Shown here: in pieces, positions 29,444 through 38,702 of the stretch
Numbering within the stretch: the stretch's first letter is position 1
Layout of the letters: the number at the start of each line of letters is the position of its first letter
Origin: Candidatus Latescibacterota bacterium
Lineage (GTDB): Bacteria; Latescibacterota; CBDEFO01
NCBI GenBank assembly: GCA_965237525.1
Contig: CBDEFO010000006.1
Coordinates: 32,001 to 96,000 of the forward strand
Direction of reading: 5' to 3'
Length of the DNA: 64,000 bases
Made by a program: the position numbers and the translations under genes
The notes under the pieces: model-generated
Told to the model about the DNA's origin: nothing
Databases searched by the model: none
What the model saw: the letters and a program-made list of their open reading frames with translations, nothing else

Positions 29444-30211
29444 ATGGGAAGGCTTGATGGCAAGGTAGCGGCTGTAACAGGTGGTGCATCGGGCATTGGC
29501 GAAGCCACGGTTCGGCTCTTCGTGGAAGAGGGCGCAAGGGTGTCCTTTGCCGATCGCGATAGCGCTCGCGGCACCGGCGTTGCGGAAGAGATCAAGGCGA
29601 GTGGGGGAGAAGTGCTATTTGTGGAGACCCACGTGGAGCGCGAAGCCGAGGCTATGGCCTTTATCCGGACTACGATAGAGCACTTTGGTCAGCTCAATAT
29701 TCTGGTGAATAATGCCGCCATCCGTCTCTACCAAAGCGTGACCGAAGCCACCGAGGAGAGTTGGGACACCATTTGGGGGGTGAACGTCAAAGGCTACGTC
29801 TTCTGCGCCAAAGCCGCCATTCCGGCCCTGCGTCGTACGGGAAACGGGAGCATTGTCAATATAGCCTCTAACAATGCAGTTATAGCGGGCGACAACACGG
29901 TACAGTACGATACCACAAAGGCAGCGGTCACCGGCTTGACGCGTGGCCTGGCCCGAGCTCACGCCGCCGACGGCATCCGGGCCAATACACTGTGTCCAGG
30001 GCCGACCTTTACCCCCTTTCACGAGCACCGTGCCGCTGCGGCCGGGAAAACCCACGAAGTATTCAAGGAAGAATTTGGACGGCCCCTCATGCTCATGCGG
30101 CCGGGGACACCAAGAGAGATTGCCACGGGTGTCCTGTTCCTAGCTTCTGACGACGCGTCGTTCGTCACCGGAACATGCCTGTTTGTGGACGGCGGTGAGT
30201 CGGCTATGTGA
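29444..30211 (+). CDS. Short-chain dehydrogenase/reductase
   Basis: TGGASGIG, NNAA, YDTTK, VDGG; GGGAGG before ATG 29444. Confidence 0.92.
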   Translation: MGRLDGKVAAVTGGASGIGEATVRLFVEEGARVSFADRDSARGTGVAEEIKASGGEVLFVETHVEREAEAMAFIRTTIEHFGQLNILVNNAAIRLYQSVTEATEESWDTIWGVNVKGYVFCAKAAIPALRRTGNGSIVNIASNNAVIAGDNTVQYDTTKAAVTGLTRGLARAHAADGIRANTLCPGPTFTPFHEHRAAAAGKTHEVFKEEFGRPLMLMRPGTPREIATGVLFLASDDASFVTGTCLFVDGGESAM

Positions 30212-30248
30212 GGTCATCATACAGTGAAGAGCAGCGATTTGCTATACT

Positions 30249-30584
30249 GCAGCAGTCGCACTGATCAACCCACTCTTCATGGTGTCGCTCTTCGGAACGG
30301 CATTGGCCTGTGTCGCGCTGGCCGTCTCCTCCCTATTCAGGTGGAACGAACCGAGTGCCGTTTACCTGCTCGTCGGCAGCCTGCTCTATCTCGTCGGCAC
30401 CGTTGCGGTAACCATGGTGTTCAACGTACCGCGGAACGACGCGTTAGCGGCTGTTGAGGCGGACACCGCTGACGGCGCGAACCTATGGCCTCGATACGCT
30501 GCCGGTTGGATTGCCTGGAACCACGTGCGGACGGCCGCAGCCCTTGCTACTGCGGCATCGCTCACCATCGCGCTCTGTTGTTGA
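30249..30584 (+). pseudogene. DUF1772/anthrone oxygenase family membrane protein, 5'-truncated
   Basis: INPLFM..FGT, FNVPRNDAL, WIAWNHVR. Confidence 0.7.
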
Positions 30585-30641
30585 GAGGCGCATAGTAATG
30601 TGGTATATCGGGCGTAAAACAAGATGACCCTGTCCATCATC

Positions 30642-30698
30642 GCCCAACAAACGCTTGCAGCGGACGCGCTAACGCGCGCCGATGGCTTTGCGTTAGGC
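30642..30698 (+). mobile_element. attC site (degenerate)
   Basis: GCCCAAC aaacgcttgcagcggacgcgctaacgcgcgccg ... GTTAGGC. Confidence 0.75.
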
Positions 30699-30797
30699 CG
30701 CTAAATCGGGCAATGAAGATATGAACCTCACCGCAAATGGTAAAAGGCGGCAGTGTAGCTGCGAAGAATTTGCGGGCCCTGCTGCGGAGGTCAAATA

Positions 30798-32357
30798 GTG
30801 ATGAGATACGACGTAATAATTGTAGGGGCAGGCTCTGCCGGCGCCATACTCGCAACCCGGCTCACTGAGGACCCGGATCGGTCTGTCTTGTTGTTGGAGG
30901 CGGGGCCCGACTTCCCGAAGTTCGAGCAACTCCCCGAGGAGATCAAGTTTGCCTACGGTAAAGACCGCAACATTTGGGCGCGGGCCTTCGGTCACCACAC
31001 GAAATTCGGCTGGGGCTATACGGCCAGGGCTACCGACAAAATCCCCGACATGTTCGTGCCCCGGGGGAAAATCGTTGGCGGTTCAAGCGCGGTCAATTCG
31101 CAGATCTTTCTCCGCGGGGTCCCCGAAGACTACGATACCTGGGCCAAGCTGGGCAACGACAAGTGGAGCTTCGAGGAGCTACTCCCTTACTTTCGCAAAA
31201 ACGAAGCCGACCCCGATTTTCGCGATTCCTTCCACGGCGACGCCGGTCCCATCCGCGTTCGGCGTTTCAAATACGAGGAGTTGAATCCCGAACACCGAGC
31301 CTTCTACGACGCCTGTCGGGCCGCCGGCTATCAGGATTGTCCCGACCACAACGACCCCGACTCTACGGGGGTCGGTCCGCTGGCGCTCAATAATCCAGAC
31401 GGCATCCGCTGGAGCACGGCGATCGGTTACCTGAGCCAGGCGCGCCACCGCCTGAACCTCACCATCAAAGCGGACTGTCTGGTACACCGCGTGCGCTTTG
31501 ATGGCCGGCGGGCCGTCGGCCTCGAAGTGGAGAGCGGTGGCGAGATGTTCAATGTATATGGCCAGGAGATCCTCCTGTGCGGAGGAGGCATCGGCTCGCC
31601 CCAGATCCTCATGCTTTCGGGCGTCGGGCCGGCCAATCATCTCCAAGAGGTAGGCATCCCCGTAGTGCACGACCTGCCGGGCGTCGGGCAGAACCTGAGA
31701 GACCATCCGCAAGTCCCCGTGACCTTGAGGGCAAAGGAAGAATTTCTGTCCGATGGCACCGACCCTCCGTTGCAGATAGGGCTCCGTTACACGGCGCAGG
31801 GTTCCGACCTGCGCAATGACATGTTTATCCTCCCAACCTCTTTTGCCACCGAGGAGGGGTATCTTGTCGCATCTGATTCGAAGCCTCTAGGATTTCACAT
31901 CACAGCCTGTATATACCTCGCCGCCGGCGCGGGCGAAATCAAGCTCGCCTCTTCCGACCCGCACAACCAACCCGCACTGGACTACAACTACCTGACCGAG
32001 TCCTTTGACCGCGAGCGACTACGCGAGGCCGTGCGCATCATCATCGATCTAACCAACCACGAGGCGCTCAAAGAACTTATCGCTGAACGCATCGTGCCGA
32101 CGGACGCAGATCTGGCAACGGACGATGCCCTGGACCAGTGGATGATGCGCGCAGTCTCCACTAGTCACCACATCTCCTCGACCTGCAAGATGGGGCCGGG
32201 CTCGGACCCGATGGCGGTGGTCGATCAGTACGGTAAAGTCTACGGCGTCGAGGGGCTGCGGGTAGCCGACGCTTCGATCATGCCCAACTGCGTCCGCGCC
32301 AACACCAACGCTACTTCTATGGTCATCGGAGAACGGGTCGCGGATTTCATGCGGTAG
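30798..32357 (+). CDS. GMC family oxidoreductase (choline dehydrogenase-like)
   Basis: GAGSAG, GGSSAVN, GVGQNLRDHP, STCKMG, RANTN. Confidence 0.93.
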   Translation: MMRYDVIIVGAGSAGAILATRLTEDPDRSVLLLEAGPDFPKFEQLPEEIKFAYGKDRNIWARAFGHHTKFGWGYTARATDKIPDMFVPRGKIVGGSSAVNSQIFLRGVPEDYDTWAKLGNDKWSFEELLPYFRKNEADPDFRDSFHGDAGPIRVRRFKYEELNPEHRAFYDACRAAGYQDCPDHNDPDSTGVGPLALNNPDGIRWSTAIGYLSQARHRLNLTIKADCLVHRVRFDGRRAVGLEVESGGEMFNVYGQEILLCGGGIGSPQILMLSGVGPANHLQEVGIPVVHDLPGVGQNLRDHPQVPVTLRAKEEFLSDGTDPPLQIGLRYTAQGSDLRNDMFILPTSFATEEGYLVASDSKPLGFHITACIYLAAGAGEIKLASSDPHNQPALDYNYLTESFDRERLREAVRIIIDLTNHEALKELIAERIVPTDADLATDDALDQWMMRAVSTSHHISSTCKMGPGSDPMAVVDQYGKVYGVEGLRVADASIMPNCVRANTNATSMVIGERVADFMR

Positions 32358-32458
32358 GGGCTATTATTTGAGGACCATAGTGTATCTGGGTTAACTTAGA
32401 TTGGTTTTGCCAGAGGGCGGATTTCCGCCAGATCAAGGGGATTGAGCGGGAGTATCCA

Positions 32459-33427
32459 ATGGACAACGTCAGAATCACTTCAGGATTTGATAGTAAGGCG
32501 GACTTCGTTCTACATCAAGGTGACTGCCTCGACCTGCTTTCCCAGATACCTAATGGGTTCGTGAACCTGGTCGTCACTTCACCGCCGTACAACCTGGGCA
32601 AATCCTACGAAAGTCGCCTGGAGGTAGATGAATACATTTCCCAGCAGCGCAGAGTTATCAAGGAGTGCGTGCGTGCCTTAGACGATCGCGGAAGCATCTG
32701 CTGGCAGGTCGGCAACTACGTCGATAAGGGAAAGATCGTCCCTCTTGACATAGTTCTGTACCCCATCTTCGCCTCGTCAGGATTGCATCTTCGCAATCGC
32801 ATCGTCTGGCACTTTGGACACGGATTGCACGCCTCAAAGCGCTTTTCCGGCCGATATGAGGTCATTCTGTGGTTTACCAAAGGCGACGAGTATACCTTCA
32901 ATCTGGACGCTGTCCGTGTGCCCCAGAAGTATCCCAAGAAGAAGCACTTCAAGGGTCCAAAGAGGGGACAGCCTTCGGGCAATCCACTGGGCAAGAATCC
33001 CGGTGATATCTGGGAGATCCCCAATGTGAAGGCAAACCATGTGGAAAAGACTATCCACCCGTGCCAGTTCCCTGTCGAATTGATCGAGCGTCTGGTGCTG
33101 TCGATGACTAATAAGGGGGATTGGGTGTTGGATCCGTTTATCGGTGTGGGAACGACAGCAATTGCTGCCTTGATGCACAAGAGAAAAGCAATTGGCTCCG
33201 AGACTATGCCTGAGTACGTGCAAATTGCAAAGGAACGTATTCGGATGGCAGAGAAAGGAGAGTTGCGCATCCGCCCAATGGGTAGGTCAGTTTACGACCC
33301 TGAGGCATCCAATCTTAACGTTCCACCGCAGAATGTACAATTAGGCTCAGAGATAAGTCAGCTTGAATTGTTCGAAAACCGTAAAGAGTACAAGGCCCAG
33401 GATCAAGATAATGAAAATCGTATATGA
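32459..33427 (+). CDS. Site-specific DNA methyltransferase (beta class, SPPY)
   Basis: TSPPYN before HPCQFP and LDPFIGVGTT. Confidence 0.92.
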   Translation: MDNVRITSGFDSKADFVLHQGDCLDLLSQIPNGFVNLVVTSPPYNLGKSYESRLEVDEYISQQRRVIKECVRALDDRGSICWQVGNYVDKGKIVPLDIVLYPIFASSGLHLRNRIVWHFGHGLHASKRFSGRYEVILWFTKGDEYTFNLDAVRVPQKYPKKKHFKGPKRGQPSGNPLGKNPGDIWEIPNVKANHVEKTIHPCQFPVELIERLVLSMTNKGDWVLDPFIGVGTTAIAALMHKRKAIGSETMPEYVQIAKERIRMAEKGELRIRPMGRSVYDPEASNLNVPPQNVQLGSEISQLELFENRKEYKAQDQDNENRI

Positions 33428-33965
33428 GTATTCACATTTAGGTGGAACAGAGATATTGCAAGTGCGCTATGCAGACTACGAAGGGGAGATTTATGAAGTC
33501 ATTTCCCAAGTAGCAGCCGAAAGAACTAAAATCAGCGAAGAGAAAACGGTGCGAGGGAGAAAGTTATACTCACCTAAGGACATGAACCGGCAGTTTCGTG
33601 AGGCATTTGAGAATAGAGGGTATCGCCAATTACGCGACACATACACGATTACCATACCCAGCAGTGAAGTGACTATCCCAGGAGCCTATAAGCAGATTGA
33701 CTTTGTGAAGGAAAAGGTGTTGGTTGAGGTACAATTTGGCAAGTATGCCTTTATGTTCTATGACATGGCCAAGTTCCAGTATTTTTTCAATGAGAATAAA
33801 GCTGATGTAGATGTCGAAATCGTTCCTTGTCATGCTCTGCACAAGCAAATGTCCACCGGCGTGTCTTATGGAGAACAGTTAGTATACGACATTGAAAGGC
33901 TGAAGCGACATTTTCCCGCCGTCCCAGTAAAGTTGATTCTGATTGACGTAGATGGACCCGATTAA
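33411..33965 (+). CDS. BglII/BstYI-like type II restriction endonuclease
   Basis: YSHLGG, QIDFVK..VEVQFGKY; overlaps the MTase. Confidence 0.8.
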   Translation: MKIVYEYSHLGGTEILQVRYADYEGEIYEVISQVAAERTKISEEKTVRGRKLYSPKDMNRQFREAFENRGYRQLRDTYTITIPSSEVTIPGAYKQIDFVKEKVLVEVQFGKYAFMFYDMAKFQYFFNENKADVDVEIVPCHALHKQMSTGVSYGEQLVYDIERLKRHFPAVPVKLILIDVDGPD

Positions 33966-34010
33966 GACGTTCCCGTTGTCTCTGAAATACACCATAACAG
34001 AAACAAGAAA

Positions 34011-35129
34011 ATGCCCAAAGTCTTGGTAACAGGCGGAGCTGGCTTTATCGGCTCCCATACAGTTGATCTTCTCCTTGAGAAAGGATACGATGTAAAGATT
34101 CTGGACAGCCTTCAAGAAAGAGTCCATCCCAGAGGCAAACCGGCCTACATTCCCGATGACGTTGAGTTCATACACGGCGACGTGACGGATAAAGAGACGT
34201 TGAACCGAGCGCTCCATGGCGTAGAATATGTATTCCACATGGCCGCCTACCAGGACTACATGCCTGACTTCAGCACGTTCTTTTGTGTCAACACGGTCAG
34301 CACAGCGCTCCTGTATGAACTCATCGTCGAGTACAAACATCCCATCTGCAAGATAGTCTTAGCCTCCTCACAAGCTGTCTACGGCGAGGGTAAGTACAGA
34401 TGCGGCGAACACGGCGTGATATACCCTGGGCCCCGTTCTCTTGAACAATTGGAGAAGGGAGAATGGGAGATCAAATGCCCCCACTGCTCGGAGCCCATGA
34501 TCAATCTCTCCATCACCGAAGACAAGGTCAAGCCTCACACAGCATACGGAATTTCCAAATACGCCCTTGAAATGGCGGGTATCAGTTTGGGCAGAAAATA
34601 CGACATCCCCACAACAGCTATGAGATACTCAATCGTCCAGGGTCCACGAAATTCCTTCTACAACGCCTATTCGGGCGTCTGCCGCATATTCACGATAAGA
34701 CTCCTCCACGACATTACTCCCGTAGCCTATGAAGACGGAATGCAAAAGAGGGACTACGTCTATGTCAAAGACGCAGCAAAAGCCAACGTGTTGGTGATGG
34801 AGAAAGACGAAGCAAACTACGAGGCTTTCAACGTCGCAGGGCAGAAAGAGACCACCGTTTTGGAAGTTGCCCGCATCGTCGCTAAAAAGTGCAAAAAAGA
34901 CTTAGAACCGCTGGTGCCGGGAGAGTTCCGATTTGGCGATACCAGACACACGGTCTCGACTTCGGAAAAGCTCCAGAAGCTCGGCTGGCAGGCGGAGATG
35001 CCATTGGAAGGGATAATCCAGGAGTACGTCGAATGGGTCAAGGAGCAGCCCGACGCTGGGGATTACTACGCCGAGGCCCAGGAGAAGATGAAGAAGATGC
35101 AGATCGTCAGAACCGCAAGTAGACAGTAG
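34011..35129 (+). CDS. NAD-dependent epimerase/dehydratase
   Basis: TGGAGFIGSH, YGISK, RDYVYV; Cys/His insert. Confidence 0.92.
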   Translation: MPKVLVTGGAGFIGSHTVDLLLEKGYDVKILDSLQERVHPRGKPAYIPDDVEFIHGDVTDKETLNRALHGVEYVFHMAAYQDYMPDFSTFFCVNTVSTALLYELIVEYKHPICKIVLASSQAVYGEGKYRCGEHGVIYPGPRSLEQLEKGEWEIKCPHCSEPMINLSITEDKVKPHTAYGISKYALEMAGISLGRKYDIPTTAMRYSIVQGPRNSFYNAYSGVCRIFTIRLLHDITPVAYEDGMQKRDYVYVKDAAKANVLVMEKDEANYEAFNVAGQKETTVLEVARIVAKKCKKDLEPLVPGEFRFGDTRHTVSTSEKLQKLGWQAEMPLEGIIQEYVEWVKEQPDAGDYYAEAQEKMKKMQIVRTASRQ

Positions 35130-35329
35130 ACCCAGAACCACGTGTCTGCTCTGAGAATATGGATAGATCGGGCGTACCACTTCCCCGATTGTGATCCCCT
35201 ATTGAATCTATAGGGGAGCGGGGATGGCTCGTCGCCACATCTTGCCCTCCACTGCCATCCGGGTCGGCCACTACATACAAGCTGAAACTCTGATGTTTCT
35301 AGCACGGGTATACTGCCGACAAAAAATAC

Positions 35330-35358
35330 TTGACAGTCGAACTAATATTCGTTAGTAT
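35330..35358 (+). promoter_or_regulatory. sigma70 promoter with possible SOS box
   Basis: TTGACA gtc GAAC taat ATTC gt TAGTAT. Confidence 0.7.
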
Positions 35359-35364
35359 TAGACG

Positions 35365-35535
35365 TGCCCACAAGAACCACGTGGATGCAATAATAAGGTT
35401 GGGCAGCCCCAAGTTAAGCCTGTGGATATCTTCCTTAAGGCGGTCTGTGAAGCAGAAGACTGTACAGCTTTGGCGTGTGGTAGGCCACTTTTCCCCCGAA
35501 AAGTTCGTTGATGCTTGTTTTTGCACCCCAGGAAT
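35365..35535 (+). ncRNA. ssrS: Probable 6S RNA
   Basis: Hand-folds as a long rod: closing stem GGATGCAATAATAAG/CTTGTTTTTGCACCC, central bubble with CAC-hairpin-GTTC on the 3' side, inner stems GCCTGT/GTAGGC and GCGGTC/GACTGT with many G-U pairs. Confidence 0.65.
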
Positions 35536-35545
35536 GACAGCCAAA

Positions 35546-35620
35546 GCGGGAGTAGCTCAGTGGTAGAGCGCGAGCTTCCCAAGCTCGATGTCGCGGGTTC
35601 GATCCCCGTTTCCCGCTCCA
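35546..35620 (+). tRNA. tRNA-Gly(CCC)
   Basis: Cloverleaf; anticodon arm CGAGC-TT-CCC-AA-GCTCG; GGTTCGA T-loop; encoded CCA. Confidence 0.97.
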
Positions 35621-35729
35621 TTTTTTCCAGGGACGCCAGGGACAACAGTATAATAGATACATAAGCTTGAGCGCGGTCACAGAAGTTCTTCGGCCGCGCT
35701 TACATATATAAGAATGGATTTGAGAACCT

Positions 35730-37037
35730 ATGCCTGAGAGAGTGGAAGGATCGTTAAAGGTCGTAAGTGTAGAGCCCAGAAGTATAGCTGAATCCCTGAA
35801 TATAAAAGAGGGCGACACTGTAGTAGAGATCAACGGAGAACCCCTGAGGGATATAATTGACTACAAGTTTCATTCAAGCGACGATCTTTTAGAGATCACG
35901 CTCCAAAGGGACGGACAACTCATCGAAGTGGAGGCACATAAGCCATTCGACAGCGATCTGGGTATTAGTTTTGACGATCTTGAAATAAAACAGTGCAGGA
36001 ACAAGTGCGTCTTCTGCTTCATCCACCAGATGCCCCGCGGGATGCGCCAATCACTGTACATTGAAGATGACGACTATCGGCTCTCCTTTCTGCACGGGGC
36101 GTACATCACACTTACCAACCTGAGTGAAGAGGATTTCGACAGGATAATAGAGCAGAGGCTCAACCCCATCTACGTCTCGGTCCACACGACAGATCCCGAG
36201 CTTAGGTTAAAGATGCTGGGGAGGAAAAAGTCCGCAGATGTCATCGAAGCGATCTCAAAGCTCATAGAGCACGACATAGAGATCCATACTCAAGTAGTCC
36301 TGTGCCCGGGCTACAACGACGGCCATCACTTAGAGCGGACCATAAACGACTTGAGCCAGTTCTATCCAAACGTAAAATCCATAGCCATAGTCCCCGTCGG
36401 ACTTACCAAATACAGAGAACACCTTACGCCACTTGTGTCCCTGGACTCTTCAACAGCTAAAGAATACATACGCAGAGAATTAGAATGGCACGAAAGATTT
36501 GGGAGGCAATTTGAATGCAAGTTCGTCTACCTTGCCGATGAATTCTACCTCCTTGCAGGGCACAACATCCCTGCTTACCAGCACTACGACGATTTTCCAC
36601 AGGTCGAAAACGGAGTCGGGATGACCAGGAGGTTTTTGGATGATTTTTACTCCGGTTTAGATGAACTGGCAAATCTTGCCGATCCTATAGACATAACGCT
36701 GGTGACAGGGGAGATTTGCGTCTCTTTTCTGGAGGAGGTTGTGGCTGAATTAAATCGTCATCATAGAATCTCCGCTGACCTCATCCCTGTGGAAAACCGC
36801 TTCTTCGGGGGAAATATCTCAGTATCGGGGCTCCTGACGGGAGGGGACATTGTGGATCAGTTGAAAGATAAGAGCCTCAGGTCCACTGTCCTGCTCCCTC
36901 CCAACTGCGTCAATCACGATGGCGTGCTGCTCGACGACATGACGCCCCAGGATATATCGCAAAAGCTCGGTAAGGAAGTAATCGTGGGGGACTACGACAT
37001 CCTATTTGCACTCTCCAAGATAGTACAAACAATGTAG
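35730..37037 (+). CDS. PDZ + radical SAM-like DUF512 protein
   Basis: CRNKCVFCFIHQMP, DDDYRLSFL, ENGVG, SGLLTG. Confidence 0.9.
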   Translation: MPERVEGSLKVVSVEPRSIAESLNIKEGDTVVEINGEPLRDIIDYKFHSSDDLLEITLQRDGQLIEVEAHKPFDSDLGISFDDLEIKQCRNKCVFCFIHQMPRGMRQSLYIEDDDYRLSFLHGAYITLTNLSEEDFDRIIEQRLNPIYVSVHTTDPELRLKMLGRKKSADVIEAISKLIEHDIEIHTQVVLCPGYNDGHHLERTINDLSQFYPNVKSIAIVPVGLTKYREHLTPLVSLDSSTAKEYIRRELEWHERFGRQFECKFVYLADEFYLLAGHNIPAYQHYDDFPQVENGVGMTRRFLDDFYSGLDELANLADPIDITLVTGEICVSFLEEVVAELNRHHRISADLIPVENRFFGGNISVSGLLTGGDIVDQLKDKSLRSTVLLPPNCVNHDGVLLDDMTPQDISQKLGKEVIVGDYDILFALSKIVQTM

Positions 37038-37335
37038 GGGCTAGGGCACTTCCCCCCGATTGAATCTATCGGGGGTTTACTGCCTCCACTCTCTAACAAA
37101 GCGCCACGACGCCTCGCCCAGTAGTCAGGGAAGAGCGGGCGGAGTCGCTGTCTACAGATCTGTCCCCGATTGAAATTATCGGGGATTGCTTCGGGTTTTC
37201 ACCCCCTCGGAATGACCGAAGGCAAAAACAAGCAACGTCATTGCGCGAGTCCCCGATTGAATCTATCGGGGGTCGGGGAAGCCCAGAGCTCTGCGAAGCA
37301 ATCTCTGCCTGTCTACTTATGTACCTGTCTACTTA
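37035..37335. repeat. Composite palindromic repeat cluster
   Basis: Three CCCCGATTGAA..ATCGGGG units, GATTGCTTCG..AATGAC and GTCATTGCG..GAAGCAATCT, CTGTCTAC units. Confidence 0.85.
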
Positions 37336-37355
37336 TGTATAGGATGTAATTCCAA

Positions 37356-38663
37356 ATGGACAAGCCTGTAGTAGCCATAATCGGCCGCCCGAACGTCGGA
37401 AAATCGACGCTATTTAACCGCATAATAAAGGAAAGGCGGGCAGTAGTAGACGAAGCTCCCGGTGTCACAAGGGACCGAAACTATGCCGAGACCGAGTGGA
37501 GCGGAAGCTCGTTTATGATAGTAGATACGGGCGGCTACGTCCCTCGCCCCGGGGATTCGATAGAGGCGGCGGTGAGGAGACAGGCGGAATTTGCGATGGA
37601 AGATGCGGATTTGATAGTATTCCTGGTGGACACGCTCACTGGGATCACAGACTTAGATGAAGACCTTGCGGGTGTATTGCACAGAAGCTCTGCAAAATAT
37701 ATCCTTGTAGCCAACAAGACGGATACCGCAAGGGAAGAGCCTGATGTCTCAAAGTTCTACCGTCTCGGATTAGGAGACCCCATCCCCGTCTCTGGCCTAA
37801 CCGGAAGGTACTCGGGCGACCTTTTAGACGAAATAGTGTCTCGACTGCCTTCTATCAAGCCGGAAGAGGAAGAAGATATACCCAAAATCAGCGTGGTTGG
37901 ACGCACCAACGTTGGCAAGTCAACCTTTGTCAACAGGGTTGTCGGGCGTGAAGTCGTAATAACAGACCCCAAACCGGGCACAACGCGCGATTCGATAGAC
38001 ACCCGTGTGAATCAAAACGGAAGAGAATACGTGCTTATTGACACAGCCGGACTTCGCAAGCGCAGCAAGATAAAGGACGAAATAGAGTTCTACAGCGCCC
38101 TCAGGACGGAGAGGAGCCTCCAGAGGTGCGATGTAGCCCTCGTACTCATAGACTCCCTCCAAGGCCCCGCGCTACAGGAATCTAAAATCATATCTACAGC
38201 CGACGAACTCGGCAAAGGGACAGCCCTTGTGGTCAGCAAATGGGATCTGGTCGAAAAGGATAACGATACCTACAATCGATTTGTCAAGGAGATAAGACAG
38301 AAGCTCCACTTTGCAGATCATATCCCATTGATCTTCACATCTGCACTCGACGGACAGCGTGTGAAGAAGGCATTAGACCTTGCATTTGAAATCTATGAAA
38401 ACCGAAGGCTCAGGATACCCACACCCAAACTAAATAAATTCTTGCAGGAATTGATGCTCCATTCTCCCCCTCCTGCCAGAAGGGGCAAGAATACCAGGCT
38501 CTTTTACTGCACGCAGCAGAGGACAGAACCTCCGACGTTCATCTTTTTCTCAAAGTACCCGGACGATGTGCTTGAGGAATACAGTCGCTTTCTGGTGAGA
38601 AAATTGAGAGAAAGCTACGGATTTGAGGGCGTTCCTATAAAGATACATATACGGAAGAAATGA
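37356..38663 (+). CDS. der: Ribosome biogenesis GTPase Der
   Basis: Two G-domains (GRPNVGKS, GRTNVGKS; DTGG, DTAG) and KH-like tail. Confidence 0.97.
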   Translation: MDKPVVAIIGRPNVGKSTLFNRIIKERRAVVDEAPGVTRDRNYAETEWSGSSFMIVDTGGYVPRPGDSIEAAVRRQAEFAMEDADLIVFLVDTLTGITDLDEDLAGVLHRSSAKYILVANKTDTAREEPDVSKFYRLGLGDPIPVSGLTGRYSGDLLDEIVSRLPSIKPEEEEDIPKISVVGRTNVGKSTFVNRVVGREVVITDPKPGTTRDSIDTRVNQNGREYVLIDTAGLRKRSKIKDEIEFYSALRTERSLQRCDVALVLIDSLQGPALQESKIISTADELGKGTALVVSKWDLVEKDNDTYNRFVKEIRQKLHFADHIPLIFTSALDGQRVKKALDLAFEIYENRRLRIPTPKLNKFLQELMLHSPPPARRGKNTRLFYCTQQRTEPPTFIFFSKYPDDVLEEYSRFLVRKLRESYGFEGVPIKIHIRKK

Positions 38664-38702
38664 GGTCTACTTTCGTGTCTGAATTAAAGAGGTGACTCAA
38701 AG

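Noticed and set aside
35330..35566. 78-aa ORF over the tRNA leader
   Set aside because: Starts in the -35 box and runs into the tRNA; an RNA structure explains the region better
35546..35620. tRNA-Gly as the integration site of the 24.7-34 kb island
   Set aside because: No duplicated tRNA fragment seen, and core-like sequence separates the island from the tRNA
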